Source: Mycolicibacterium smegmatis (GTDB lineage Bacteria > Actinomycetota > Actinomycetes > Mycobacteriales > Mycobacteriaceae). From it: DNA of 32,000 nt. Of this stretch, positions 10,267 to 18,312 are shown piece by piece. The stretch spans positions 3,630,001-3,662,000 of the forward strand of contig NZ_LN831039.1 in assembly GCF_001457595.1 (NCBI RefSeq), given 5' to 3'. The notes below the pieces were generated by a model, which was not told where the DNA came from, did not search any database, and worked only from the letters and a program-made list of their open reading frames with translations. The position numbers and the translations under genes were made by a program. Position 1 is the stretch's first letter; each line of letters starts with the position of its first letter.

Positions 10267-11004
10267 TCAGAGCTTGTGCGGAACGTCGTTGACCAGACCG
10301 CCGTCCATCACGAACTCCGCTCCGGTGGCGTAACGGGACTCGTCGCTGGCCAGGAACACCACGAAGCTGGAGACCTCGTCGACCTCGCCGGGGCGGCCCA
10401 GCGGGATCCGCAACATGTCGTCGGGAAAATGCTCGGTCATCGGGGTGCGGATGAAGCCGGGGTGGATCGAGTTCACGCGGATCTGATGCGCGCCGAGTTC
10501 GAGCGCGGCCGATTTGGTCAGGCCGCGCACTGCCCACTTCGAGGCGACATAGGGGTGCACCATGGGCGCACCGCGCAGACCCTCGATCGAGGACACGTTG
10601 ATGATCGATCCGCCGCCTGCGGCCTTCATGGCGCCCACCGACGCCTGCATGCCCAAGAAGGTTCCCGTGAGGTTGACGTCGATGACGTTCTGCCACTTGG
10701 TCATGTCGAATTTGCCGATCGCGCCGAGCGCCACGATGCCCGCATTGTTGATCAGCACGTTGAGCAGACCGAAGTCGGTGGTCGCGGTGGCGACGGCGGT
10801 ATCCCAGTCCTCGGCCTGCGTGACGTCGAGGTGCACGTAGCGGGCGGCGTCGCCCAATTCGGCGGCGAGTGCGGCACCTTCGTCATCCAGGATGTCGCCG
10901 ATGACAACCTTGGCGCCCTCGGCGACCAGGGCCCTGGCGTGGGCCGCGCCCATGCCACGCGCACCGCCACTGATCAATGCAACTTTTCCGGCTACCCGTC
11001 CCAT
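10267..11004 (-). CDS. SDR-family oxidoreductase, 3alpha/20beta-hydroxysteroid dehydrogenase-like (FabG3 type)
   Basis: MGRVAGKVALISGGARGMGAAHARALVAEGAKVVIGDI, LINNAG, INVSSIEG...YVASKWAVRGLTK catalytic Ser-Tyr-Lys; resembles mycobacterial Rv2002-type enzymes. ATG at 11004. Confidence 0.87.
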   Translation of the reverse strand: MGRVAGKVALISGGARGMGAAHARALVAEGAKVVIGDILDDEGAALAAELGDAARYVHLDVTQAEDWDTAVATATTDFGLLNVLINNAGIVALGAIGKFDMTKWQNVIDVNLTGTFLGMQASVGAMKAAGGGSIINVSSIEGLRGAPMVHPYVASKWAVRGLTKSAALELGAHQIRVNSIHPGFIRTPMTEHFPDDMLRIPLGRPGEVDEVSSFVVFLASDESRYATGAEFVMDGGLVNDVPHKL

Positions 11005-11037
11005 GACGCGTGAGGCTACCGCAGCGCACACATGAAT

Positions 11038-11051
11038 TAGAACCTGTTCCA
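11038..11051. promoter_or_regulatory. Putative KstR operator (TAGAACCTGTTCCA)
   Basis: Exact match to the published KstR consensus TnnAACnnGTTnnA, in the divergent intergenic region between SDR (start 11004) and the plus-strand gene (start 11108). Confidence 0.75.
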
Positions 11052-11107
11052 ATTCTTGGTCCGAGTCGGCATACTTCGCCGTGCAGCCGCTGTGAAGGAG
11101 AGACACC

Positions 11108-12184
11108 ATGGCCATTCGCGTCGCTCACGTCGGAACCGGGAACGTCGGCCGTCTGGCTCTCGCGGGGTTGCTCACCAACCCCCGTCACGAACTGGTCGCG
11201 CTGAGTGTCTCGACCGAGGCCAAGGTGGGCAGGGACGCGGGCGAGCTTGCCGGGCTGGATCTTCGCACCGGCGTCACGGCCACCGCGGGACTGGACGCGG
11301 TGATCGACGCCAAGCCGGATTGCGCGGTGTACTGCGCTATGGGCGACACTCGCGGCCCCGACGCGATCGCCGATGTGGTGCGCCTGCTGGCGGCGGGGAT
11401 CAACGTCGTGGGCTCGGCACCCGTGGTGCTGCAGTTCCCGTGGAAGCTCATGCCCGGCAAGTACATCGCCGGTATCGAGGAGGCCGCGGCGGCAGGCGGT
11501 TCGAGCCTGTTCATCACGGGGGTCGACCCAGGCTTCGCCAACGATCTGATCCCGTTCGCGCTCGCGGGCACGTGTCAGAGCATCGAGCAGGTGCGCTGCA
11601 TGGAGATCGCCGACTATGCGACATACGACGGCGCCACGGTCATGTTCGACGTCATGGGTTTCGGCAAGCCGCTGGACCACACGCCCATCCTGTTCCAGCC
11701 GGGGGTGCTGTCCATCGCGTGGGGCACCTCGATCCGCCAACTCGCGGCGGGACTCGGCATCGAGATCGACGACATCACCGAGGTGTGTGAGAAAGAGCCC
11801 GCCCCAGGGGATTTCGAGATCGCGGCCGGGCATGTCGCGAAGGGCTCTGTGGCCGCGCTGCGGTTCGAGATCCGCGGCATGGTCGCCGGTGAACCGGTGA
11901 TCGTCATCGAGCACGTCACACGCCTACGCGGGGACCTGCGTCCGGACTGGCCCCAGCCCGCCCAGCCGGGTGGGTCCTACCGGGTCGAGATCGTCGGCGA
12001 GCCGTCCTATGCGGTAGACATCTGCCCCACGAGCCGCAAGGGCGACCACAACCACGCCGCGATCGTGGCGGCGGCCGGGCGGATCGTGAACGCCATTCCA
12101 GACGTGGTCGCCGCTCCCCCGGGCATCCGCACGACACTCGACATGCCGCTGGTCACCGGCAAGGGACTGTACAAGCCTGCCTGA
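11108..12184 (+). CDS. Dihydrodipicolinate reductase-like / diaminopentanoate dehydrogenase-like NAD(P)-binding oxidoreductase
   Basis: 358 aa; MAIRVAHVGTGNVGRLALAGLLTNPRHELVAL Rossmann motif; overall layout of DapB_N-like proteins common in actinobacteria. Confidence 0.8.
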   Translation: MAIRVAHVGTGNVGRLALAGLLTNPRHELVALSVSTEAKVGRDAGELAGLDLRTGVTATAGLDAVIDAKPDCAVYCAMGDTRGPDAIADVVRLLAAGINVVGSAPVVLQFPWKLMPGKYIAGIEEAAAAGGSSLFITGVDPGFANDLIPFALAGTCQSIEQVRCMEIADYATYDGATVMFDVMGFGKPLDHTPILFQPGVLSIAWGTSIRQLAAGLGIEIDDITEVCEKEPAPGDFEIAAGHVAKGSVAALRFEIRGMVAGEPVIVIEHVTRLRGDLRPDWPQPAQPGGSYRVEIVGEPSYAVDICPTSRKGDHNHAAIVAAAGRIVNAIPDVVAAPPGIRTTLDMPLVTGKGLYKPA

Positions 12185-12191
12185 GCAGTGA

Positions 12192-12929
12192 TCACCAGCG
12201 CCGCGCGGGCATCCGCGCGAGCGACAGCACCGGCCAGCCGTGTTCGGCCGCGGCCGTCGCCAGGCCGGGGCGAGGGTTGACCGGGCGGGGGTGGCCCACC
12301 AGATGCATGAGCGCACAGTCCTCGGCGCCGTCGGCGTAGAAGAAACTGTGTCGCAGCTCGACCGAGTTCTGGACGCAGAAGTTCTGCACCACTTCGGCTT
12401 TGCGCGCACCCCAGATCACCGGTTTGACGATGTCCCCGGTCAACCGCCCGTGCTCGTCGGTTTCGAAGTGGTTGCACAGCACGTGGTCGATACCCAGATG
12501 CCGCGCGACCGGTTCGGCGTGGATGGTCAGCGCCGAGGAACTCAGCACCACGGTGTGGCCGCGGTCCTGATGCTTGCGCACGACGTCGCGCATGTGCGGA
12601 TAGACGCGTGGCGATATGCGGTTTTCGAACAGTTCCTCGCCCAGCACGTCGAGGTCGGCCAGCGCCTCGCCCCGCAGATATCCGGCGGCACGAACGAGCA
12701 GCCGTTCGAAGGGCATACGGCCGATGCGGTAGCGCACCGACGCCTCGATGATCCCGAGGACTTCGCCGAAGGCGGCCTGCCTGCGGCGGATGCGGTGACC
12801 GGCGTGGGCCGTCGCGGTGAAGCCGTCGACGAGGGTGCCGTCCAGGTCGAAGAACGCCCCCACCGCGGCACCGCCGGGACCGTCGTCGATCTCCGCGAGG
12901 GATTCGTGCGGCGACAAGGTTGGTCCCAT
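12192..12929 (-). CDS. HAD-superfamily hydrolase (HAD-IB, SerB-like)
   Basis: FFDLDGTLVDGFTA motif I, VVLSSSALTIHAEPVARHLGIDHVLCN motif II, FFYADGAEDCALMHLVGHPRPVNP motif III/IV. Confidence 0.88.
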   Translation of the reverse strand: MGPTLSPHESLAEIDDGPGGAAVGAFFDLDGTLVDGFTATAHAGHRIRRRQAAFGEVLGIIEASVRYRIGRMPFERLLVRAAGYLRGEALADLDVLGEELFENRISPRVYPHMRDVVRKHQDRGHTVVLSSSALTIHAEPVARHLGIDHVLCNHFETDEHGRLTGDIVKPVIWGARKAEVVQNFCVQNSVELRHSFFYADGAEDCALMHLVGHPRPVNPRPGLATAAAEHGWPVLSLARMPARRW

Positions 12930-12984
12930 GGGTCAAGTAGATCAAGATGCCGTTGCGGCGGCGAATCATGGCTGAAAATGACTC

Positions 12985-13365
12985 ATGACTCCGAACCCGG
13001 GCGATGCCAGGCCCGAACTGGTGGTCAACGACATCGCCGCGGTGGTCGCCACGGGCAGGTTCGACGAGGCGCTGGCCTGGTACGGCTGCATCTTCGGCCG
13101 TGAACCCGATCTGCGTCCGGTGGCGGGCGTGGCCGAATGGCAACTGACCGCGACGGCCTGGCTGCAGCTCATCACCGACGAGGCCAGGGCCGGACGGACA
13201 GCGGTGCGTTTCGGCGTCACCGACCTGGCCGACACCCGCGCCGCACTCGCGGGTCGCGGCCTGATCGCCGCGGCCGAACCGCGGGTGATCGCCGATTTGG
13301 TCGCGGTTCTCGAGATCACCGACCCCGACGGCAACGAAGTGTCATTCGTCCAGGAGCTCACCTGA
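12985..13365 (+). CDS. VOC-family (glyoxalase/bleomycin-resistance) protein
   Basis: 126 aa; VVNDIAAVVATGRFDEALAWYGCIFGREPDLRP and ITDPDGNEVSFVQEL. Confidence 0.85.
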   Translation: MTPNPGDARPELVVNDIAAVVATGRFDEALAWYGCIFGREPDLRPVAGVAEWQLTATAWLQLITDEARAGRTAVRFGVTDLADTRAALAGRGLIAAAEPRVIADLVAVLEITDPDGNEVSFVQELT

Positions 13366-13410
13366 AACACCGAGGGTTCGGCCCCACTGCCGCGTGGTGT
13401 GGTAGTAAAT

Positions 13411-13424
13411 TAGAACACGTTTCA
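13411..13424. promoter_or_regulatory. Putative KstR operator (TAGAACACGTTTCA)
   Basis: Exact match to TnnAACnnGTTnnA, 46 nt upstream of the ATG at 13470. Confidence 0.78.
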
Positions 13425-13469
13425 GTCTGGTCCTGACGACGACTCCGAAGACCCACCGAAGGAGCAGGT

Positions 13470-14600
13470 ATGCACACCGCCCTCTGCGACGAGCTCGGCA
13501 TCGAGTTCCCCATCTTTGCGTTCACCCACTGCCGCGACGTGGTCGTCGCGGTCAGCAAGGCGGGCGGGTTCGGCGTGCTCGGCGCCGTCGGGTACACCCC
13601 CGAACAGCTTGAGATCGAGCTCAACTGGATCGACGAGCACATCGGCGACCATCCGTACGGCGTCGACATCGTGATCCCCAACAAGTACGAGGGCATGGAC
13701 GCCAACATGTCGGCCGACGAGCTGAAGGCGACACTCAACTCCCTCGTGCCCCAGGAACACCTCGACTTCGCCAAGAAGATCCTCGCCGATCACGGTGTGC
13801 CGACCGACGAGCTCGAGGACAACGCACTGCAGCTGCTGGGGTGGACCGAGGCGACCGCCACGCCGCAGGTCGAGATCGCGCTCAAGCACCCGAAGATGAC
13901 GCTGATCGCCAATGCGCTCGGCACGCCGCCTGCCGACATGATCAAGCACATCCACGATTCGGGCCGGAAGGTCGCCGCACTGTGCGGTTCGCCGTCGCAG
14001 GCGCGTAAACACGCCGACGCGGGCGTGGACATCATCATCGCCCAGGGTGGCGAGGCCGGCGGTCACAGCGGCGAGGTGGGTTCGATCGTGTTGTGGCCGC
14101 AGGTGGTCAAGGAGGTCGCGCCCGTGCCGGTACTGGCCGCGGGCGGTATCGGCAGCGGCCAGCAGATCGCGGCCGCGCTGGCGCTCGGCGCGCAGGGCGC
14201 CTGGACCGGCTCACAGTGGGTCATGGTCGAGGAGTCGGAGAACACCCCGGTGCAGCACGCCGCCTACGTGAAGGCGACGAGCCGCGACACCGTGCGCAGC
14301 CGCTCGTTCACGGGCAAGCCGGCCCGCATGCTGCGCAACGACTGGACCGAGGCGTGGGAGAACCCCGAGAATCCCAAGCCGCTCGGCATGCCGCTGCAGT
14401 ACATGGTGTCGGGCATGGCCGTGGCCGCCACCCACAAGTACCCCAACGAGTCCGTCGACGTCGCATTCAACCCGATCGGCCAGGTGGTGGGTCAGTTCAC
14501 CAAGGTCGAGAAGACCTCGGCGGTGATCGAGCGCTGGGTGCAGGAGTACCTCGAGGCGACGAGCACGCTCAACGCCCTCAACGAGGCCGCCAGCGTGTAG
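13470..14600 (+). CDS. Nitronate monooxygenase / NAD(P)H-dependent flavin oxidoreductase-like protein (Rv1533-type)
   Basis: 376 aa; FPIFAFTHCRDVVVAVSKAGGFGVLGAVGYTPEQL, DIIIAQGGEAGGHSGEVGSIVLWPQVV, VPVLAAGGIGSGQQIAAALALGAQGAWTGSQWV; GGAG upstream. Confidence 0.92.
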   Translation: MHTALCDELGIEFPIFAFTHCRDVVVAVSKAGGFGVLGAVGYTPEQLEIELNWIDEHIGDHPYGVDIVIPNKYEGMDANMSADELKATLNSLVPQEHLDFAKKILADHGVPTDELEDNALQLLGWTEATATPQVEIALKHPKMTLIANALGTPPADMIKHIHDSGRKVAALCGSPSQARKHADAGVDIIIAQGGEAGGHSGEVGSIVLWPQVVKEVAPVPVLAAGGIGSGQQIAAALALGAQGAWTGSQWVMVEESENTPVQHAAYVKATSRDTVRSRSFTGKPARMLRNDWTEAWENPENPKPLGMPLQYMVSGMAVAATHKYPNESVDVAFNPIGQVVGQFTKVEKTSAVIERWVQEYLEATSTLNALNEAASV

Positions 14601-14615
14601 CACGCCCCGTAGGCG

Positions 14616-14649
14616 ACAAAAGGCTGCGAGTTCTCTCGCAGCCTTTTGT
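14616..14649 (+). terminator. Strong intrinsic-terminator-like hairpin
   Basis: ACAAAAGGCTGCGAG - TTCT - CTCGCAGCCTTTTGT: perfect 15-bp stem with 4-nt loop, 15 nt after the stop at 14600. Confidence 0.85.
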
Positions 14650-14680
14650 GTGTCTGGGGTCTTTCGCGCCGCCGTTCGAT

Positions 14681-14696
14681 TATGTAGGGTTACATA
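14681..14696. promoter_or_regulatory. Inverted repeat TATGTA-GGGT-TACATA, candidate TetR operator/promoter
   Basis: Perfect 6-bp arms with 4-nt spacer, 31 nt upstream of the likely GTG start of the TetR gene. Confidence 0.5.
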
Positions 14697-14727
14697 CATA
14701 ACGGCCCGACGAATGAGAGGTGTCGAC

Positions 14728-15315
14728 GTGGCCAGTCCCCGCGAACGCATGGTGCGGTCCGCAGCAGTCCTGATCCGTGAACGCGGCGCACATCCGACCG
14801 CGATCGCCGATGTGCTCGCCCACAGCGGCGCACCCCGCGGGTCGGCCTACCACTACTTTCCCGGCGGCCGTACGCAGTTACTTTGCGAGGCAATCGATTA
14901 CGCGAGCGATCACGTCACGGCCCGGCTCGACCGGGCCACCGACACGTTCGCACTGCTCGACGACATGGTCGTCAGGTTCCGTGACCAGCTGCTCGCCAGC
15001 GACTTCCGCGCCGGATGCCCGGTCGTGGCGGTCGCGGTCGAGGCAGGCGACCCCGAGAAGGCCGACTCCGCCGACGCGGTGCGCGAACGCGCCGGCGCGG
15101 CGTTTCAGCGCTGGATCGCCCGCATCACCGCGCGCCTGTGCGACGACGGCGTGCCTGTCGAGCGCGCCGAGGAACTCGCGACGCTGATCACCACGTCCGT
15201 CGAGGGAGCCGTGCTGGTCGCGCGCACCACGCGCGACGTCAAGCCGCTCGAGCTCGTCCACCGCCAGCTGCGCGAACAACTCACCGCCGCGACCGGAAAG
15301 AAGGACCGCCCATGA
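14728..15315 (+). CDS. TetR-family transcriptional regulator
   Basis: VASPRERMVRSAAVLIRERGAHPTAIADVLAHSGAPRGSAYHYFPGGRTQLLCEAIDYA is a TetR HTH. GTG at 14728 with AGAGG upstream preferred over ATG 14650. Confidence 0.88.
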   Translation: MASPRERMVRSAAVLIRERGAHPTAIADVLAHSGAPRGSAYHYFPGGRTQLLCEAIDYASDHVTARLDRATDTFALLDDMVVRFRDQLLASDFRAGCPVVAVAVEAGDPEKADSADAVRERAGAAFQRWIARITARLCDDGVPVERAEELATLITTSVEGAVLVARTTRDVKPLELVHRQLREQLTAATGKKDRP

Positions 15316-17561
15316 CCTCAGGTACGGCCACAGACGCGACCGGCACCGAGTGGCACCACACGGCCTGCATCCTGTGTGAGTGCAACTGCGGCATCGTCGT
15401 ACAGGTCGAGAACCGCACGCTGGCGAAGATCCGTGGCGACAAGGACCATCCGGCATCGCGCGGCTACACGTGCAACAAGGCGCTGCGCCTGGACCACTAT
15501 CAGAACAGCGCAGGACGGCCCACCACGCCGATGCGGCGCAGGCCCGACGGCGAGTTCGAACCCGTCGACTGGGACACCGCGATCGCCGAGGTGGCAGAGG
15601 GTTTCCAGCGGATCGCGAAAACATATGGCGGAGAGCGCATCTTCTATTACGGCGGAGGTGGTCAGGGCAACCACCTGGGCGGCGCGTACAGCGGGGCGTT
15701 CCTCAGGGCACTCGGGTCGCGGTACCGCTCCAACGCCCTGGCGCAGGAGAAGACCGGCGAGGCCTGGGTCGACGCGCACCTCTACGGCGGGCACACCCGC
15801 GGCGAGCTCGAGCACGCCGAGGTGTCGGTGTTCGTCGGCAAGAATCCGTGGATGTCGCAGAGCTTTCCGCGCGCCCGGGTGGTGCTCAACGAGATCGCCA
15901 GGGACCCTGCGCGCTCGATGATCGTCATCGATCCGGTGCTCACCGAGACCGCCGCGCTCGCCGACCATCACCTGCGTGTGCGTCCCGGCACCGATGCGTG
16001 GTGCCTGGCCGCGCTCGCTGCGGTGCTGGTGCAGGAAAACCTGTGCGACGAAGAGTTTCTCACCCAACACGTCCACGGCGCCGACGCCGTACGCGAGGTG
16101 CTGCGTGACGTCGACATCGCCGAGAACGCACGGCGCTGCGGGGTCGCCGAGGAGCAGATCCGCGCCGCGGCGCGGCGCATCGGACGGGCCACGAGTGTGT
16201 CGGTGTTCGAGGATCTCGGTGTGCAGCAGGCCCCGAACTCGACCCTGTGCTCGTATCTCGACAAGCTGCTGTGGATCCTGACCGGCAACTTCGCCAAACC
16301 CGGTGGACAGCACTTGCATTCGACGTTCGCGCCGCTGTTCGGCAAGTCCGGTGTGGGGCGCACGCCGGTCACCGGCGCCCCTGTCATCGCCGGCCTGGTG
16401 CCCAGCAACGTGGTGCCCGAGGAGATCCTGACCGATCACCCGGACCGGTTCCGCGCGATGATCGTCGAGAGCAGCAACCCCGCACATTCGGTCGCCGACT
16501 CGGCCAGGGTGCGTGCGGCGCTGCAGGAGCTCGAACTGCTGGTGGTCATCGATGTCGCCATGACCGAGACCGCGCGGCTCGCCGACTACGTGCTGCCCGC
16601 CGCGACACAGTTCGAGAAGGCCGAGGCCACGTTCTTCAACCTGGAGTTCCCGCACAACACGTTTCATCTGCGGCACCGCTTGTTCGAACCACTGCAGGGC
16701 ACGCTGCCCGAGCCCGAGATCTGGGCGCGGCTGGTACGCGCTCTCGGCGTGGTCGACGAGGCCGAGCTCCAGCCGTTGCGCAGGGCCGCCGAAGCGGGCC
16801 TGGCAGAGTTCACGGCGGCGTTCTTCACGGCTGTGGCGAGCAACCCGACGCTGTCGAAGGTGCTGCCCTTCGTGCTGTACGAAACGCTCGGTCCGGCGCT
16901 GCCCGACGGCATGGCCGGGGCGGCCGCGCTGTGGGGCCTGGCGCAGAAGACCGCGATGACCTACCCGGATGCCGTGCGCCGCGCCGGCCATGCCGACGGC
17001 AACGCGTTGTTCGAGGCCATCCTGGCCAATCCGGCCGGTGTGACGTTCACCGTGCACGAGTACGCCGAGGACTTCACCCTGATCGATCACCCGGACCACA
17101 AGATCGCGCTGGAGATCCCGGAGATGCTCGACGAGATCCGCGCATTGCGCAACCAGCAGGCACCTTTGACCAGCTCCGAATTCCCGATCGTGCTGTCGGC
17201 CGGGGAACGTCGCGCGTACACCGCCAACGACATCATCCGCGACCCGGCATGGCGCAGACGAGATCCCGACGGCGCCTTGCGCGTCAGCCCTCACGATGCC
17301 GAGGAGCTGGGGCTGGCCGACGGTGGACGGGCCCGCATCACCACCGCCGCAGGCACCGCGGTGGCGCGCGTGGAGATCTCCGACGCGATGCTGCCCGGGC
17401 ATGCGTCGCTGCCGAACGGGCTGGGGCTCGATTACCGCGACGGTGATCGCGTGGTGGTACCGGGCGTGGCGCCCAATGCGCTCACTTCGACCGAGTGGCG
17501 CGACCCGTACGCGGGAACGCCGTGGCACAAGCACGTGCCCGCGCGTCTCGAAGCGGTGTGA
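15312..17561 (+). CDS. Molybdopterin-dependent oxidoreductase (Mo/4Fe-4S domain)
   Basis: C-x2-C-x3-C plus downstream C in TACILCECNCGIVVQVENRTLAKIRGDKDHPASRGYTCNKA; FYYGGGGQGNHLGG; YVLPAATQFEKAEATFFNLEFPHNTF. ATG overlaps the TetR stop (ATGA). Confidence 0.93.
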   Translation: MTSGTATDATGTEWHHTACILCECNCGIVVQVENRTLAKIRGDKDHPASRGYTCNKALRLDHYQNSAGRPTTPMRRRPDGEFEPVDWDTAIAEVAEGFQRIAKTYGGERIFYYGGGGQGNHLGGAYSGAFLRALGSRYRSNALAQEKTGEAWVDAHLYGGHTRGELEHAEVSVFVGKNPWMSQSFPRARVVLNEIARDPARSMIVIDPVLTETAALADHHLRVRPGTDAWCLAALAAVLVQENLCDEEFLTQHVHGADAVREVLRDVDIAENARRCGVAEEQIRAAARRIGRATSVSVFEDLGVQQAPNSTLCSYLDKLLWILTGNFAKPGGQHLHSTFAPLFGKSGVGRTPVTGAPVIAGLVPSNVVPEEILTDHPDRFRAMIVESSNPAHSVADSARVRAALQELELLVVIDVAMTETARLADYVLPAATQFEKAEATFFNLEFPHNTFHLRHRLFEPLQGTLPEPEIWARLVRALGVVDEAELQPLRRAAEAGLAEFTAAFFTAVASNPTLSKVLPFVLYETLGPALPDGMAGAAALWGLAQKTAMTYPDAVRRAGHADGNALFEAILANPAGVTFTVHEYAEDFTLIDHPDHKIALEIPEMLDEIRALRNQQAPLTSSEFPIVLSAGERRAYTANDIIRDPAWRRRDPDGALRVSPHDAEELGLADGGRARITTAAGTAVARVEISDAMLPGHASLPNGLGLDYRDGDRVVVPGVAPNALTSTEWRDPYAGTPWHKHVPARLEAV

Positions 17562-17644
17562 GCGCGAGGACCCCGACGCCGAGGGCGACGACAACGCCGT
17601 TCACGCGCCCGTTCGGCGACAGTTTCGTCGCTCTCGGCGATCGG

Positions 17645-18073
17645 TCAGGGCGCGGGCGCCACTGGTGCGGCGACGGGGGCGGCCGGCGGCGGCACGACCG
17701 GCGCTGCCGGCGCAGGTGGCTGGGGTCCCGGCGCCAGACCCGCGGGTGGCGGTGTGCCCGGGTCGAGTGGGCGCTGAGTCAGCAGGAACAGCGCCTCGTT
17801 GAAGCTGACGTCCTGGGTCTGCATGGCATGCCAGATCTCACGCAGATACGACATGGTGCGGCCCTGCGGCGGCCCGACCGGAACCTCCGACGTTCCCGGC
17901 GGCAGGTTGTCGGGGCTGGCCAGATGCGGTGTGCCCTCCTCGGCGACCACGGGCGTCGGCGGCGAGGGCTCCGGATCGGCCAGCGCCGCGGGCGCCCCCA
18001 GCAGCACGCTCAGGCCGACACCCCCGCCGGCAGCCAGGCACACAACTGTGCGCTCGATGAGCTTGTGTCGCAC
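17645..18073 (-). CDS. Putative secreted Pro/Ala-rich protein
   Basis: 142 aa; N-terminal MRHKLIERTVVCLAAGGGVGLSVLLGAPAALADPE looks like a signal peptide; C-terminus is low-complexity P/A. Confidence 0.7.
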   Translation of the reverse strand: MRHKLIERTVVCLAAGGGVGLSVLLGAPAALADPEPSPPTPVVAEEGTPHLASPDNLPPGTSEVPVGPPQGRTMSYLREIWHAMQTQDVSFNEALFLLTQRPLDPGTPPPAGLAPGPQPPAPAAPVVPPPAAPVAAPVAPAP

Positions 18074-18184
18074 TGCGGTCCCCTTTCGTCCGCCTGACGC
18101 TCCTATGGCGATTGTTCTCCCGAGCGCCCCGCGGTGTTACAGAAATGGCTGATGTGGCTGCAGTGAGCGCACGGAGCCGGGCAT

Positions 18185-18198
18185 CAGAACACGTTCCA
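18185..18198. promoter_or_regulatory. Near-consensus KstR operator (CAGAACACGTTCCA)
   Basis: One mismatch (outer T replaced by C) to TnnAACnnGTTnnA, 114 nt upstream of the CYP125-like gene. Confidence 0.6.
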
Positions 18199-18312
18199 GA
18201 AAATGCCACCTCCGGGTCCGCGAGTTTTCCCAACCTCCGGCGAACTGTGGGTTTGGTGGTGTAGCAATGGGGAACGTGAACTAGACGCCGTACCGAGGAG
18301 ATCCCGGTGGTC

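Noticed and set aside
15318-17594. 758-aa minus-strand ORF
   Set aside because: Full antisense of the molybdopterin oxidoreductase; composition is a high-GC artefact with no recognisable domain.
18270-18285. GGGAACGTGAACTAGA near the P450 start as a second KstR site
   Set aside because: Only fragments of the half-sites are present and the AAC-nn-GTT core is broken; reads as chance.
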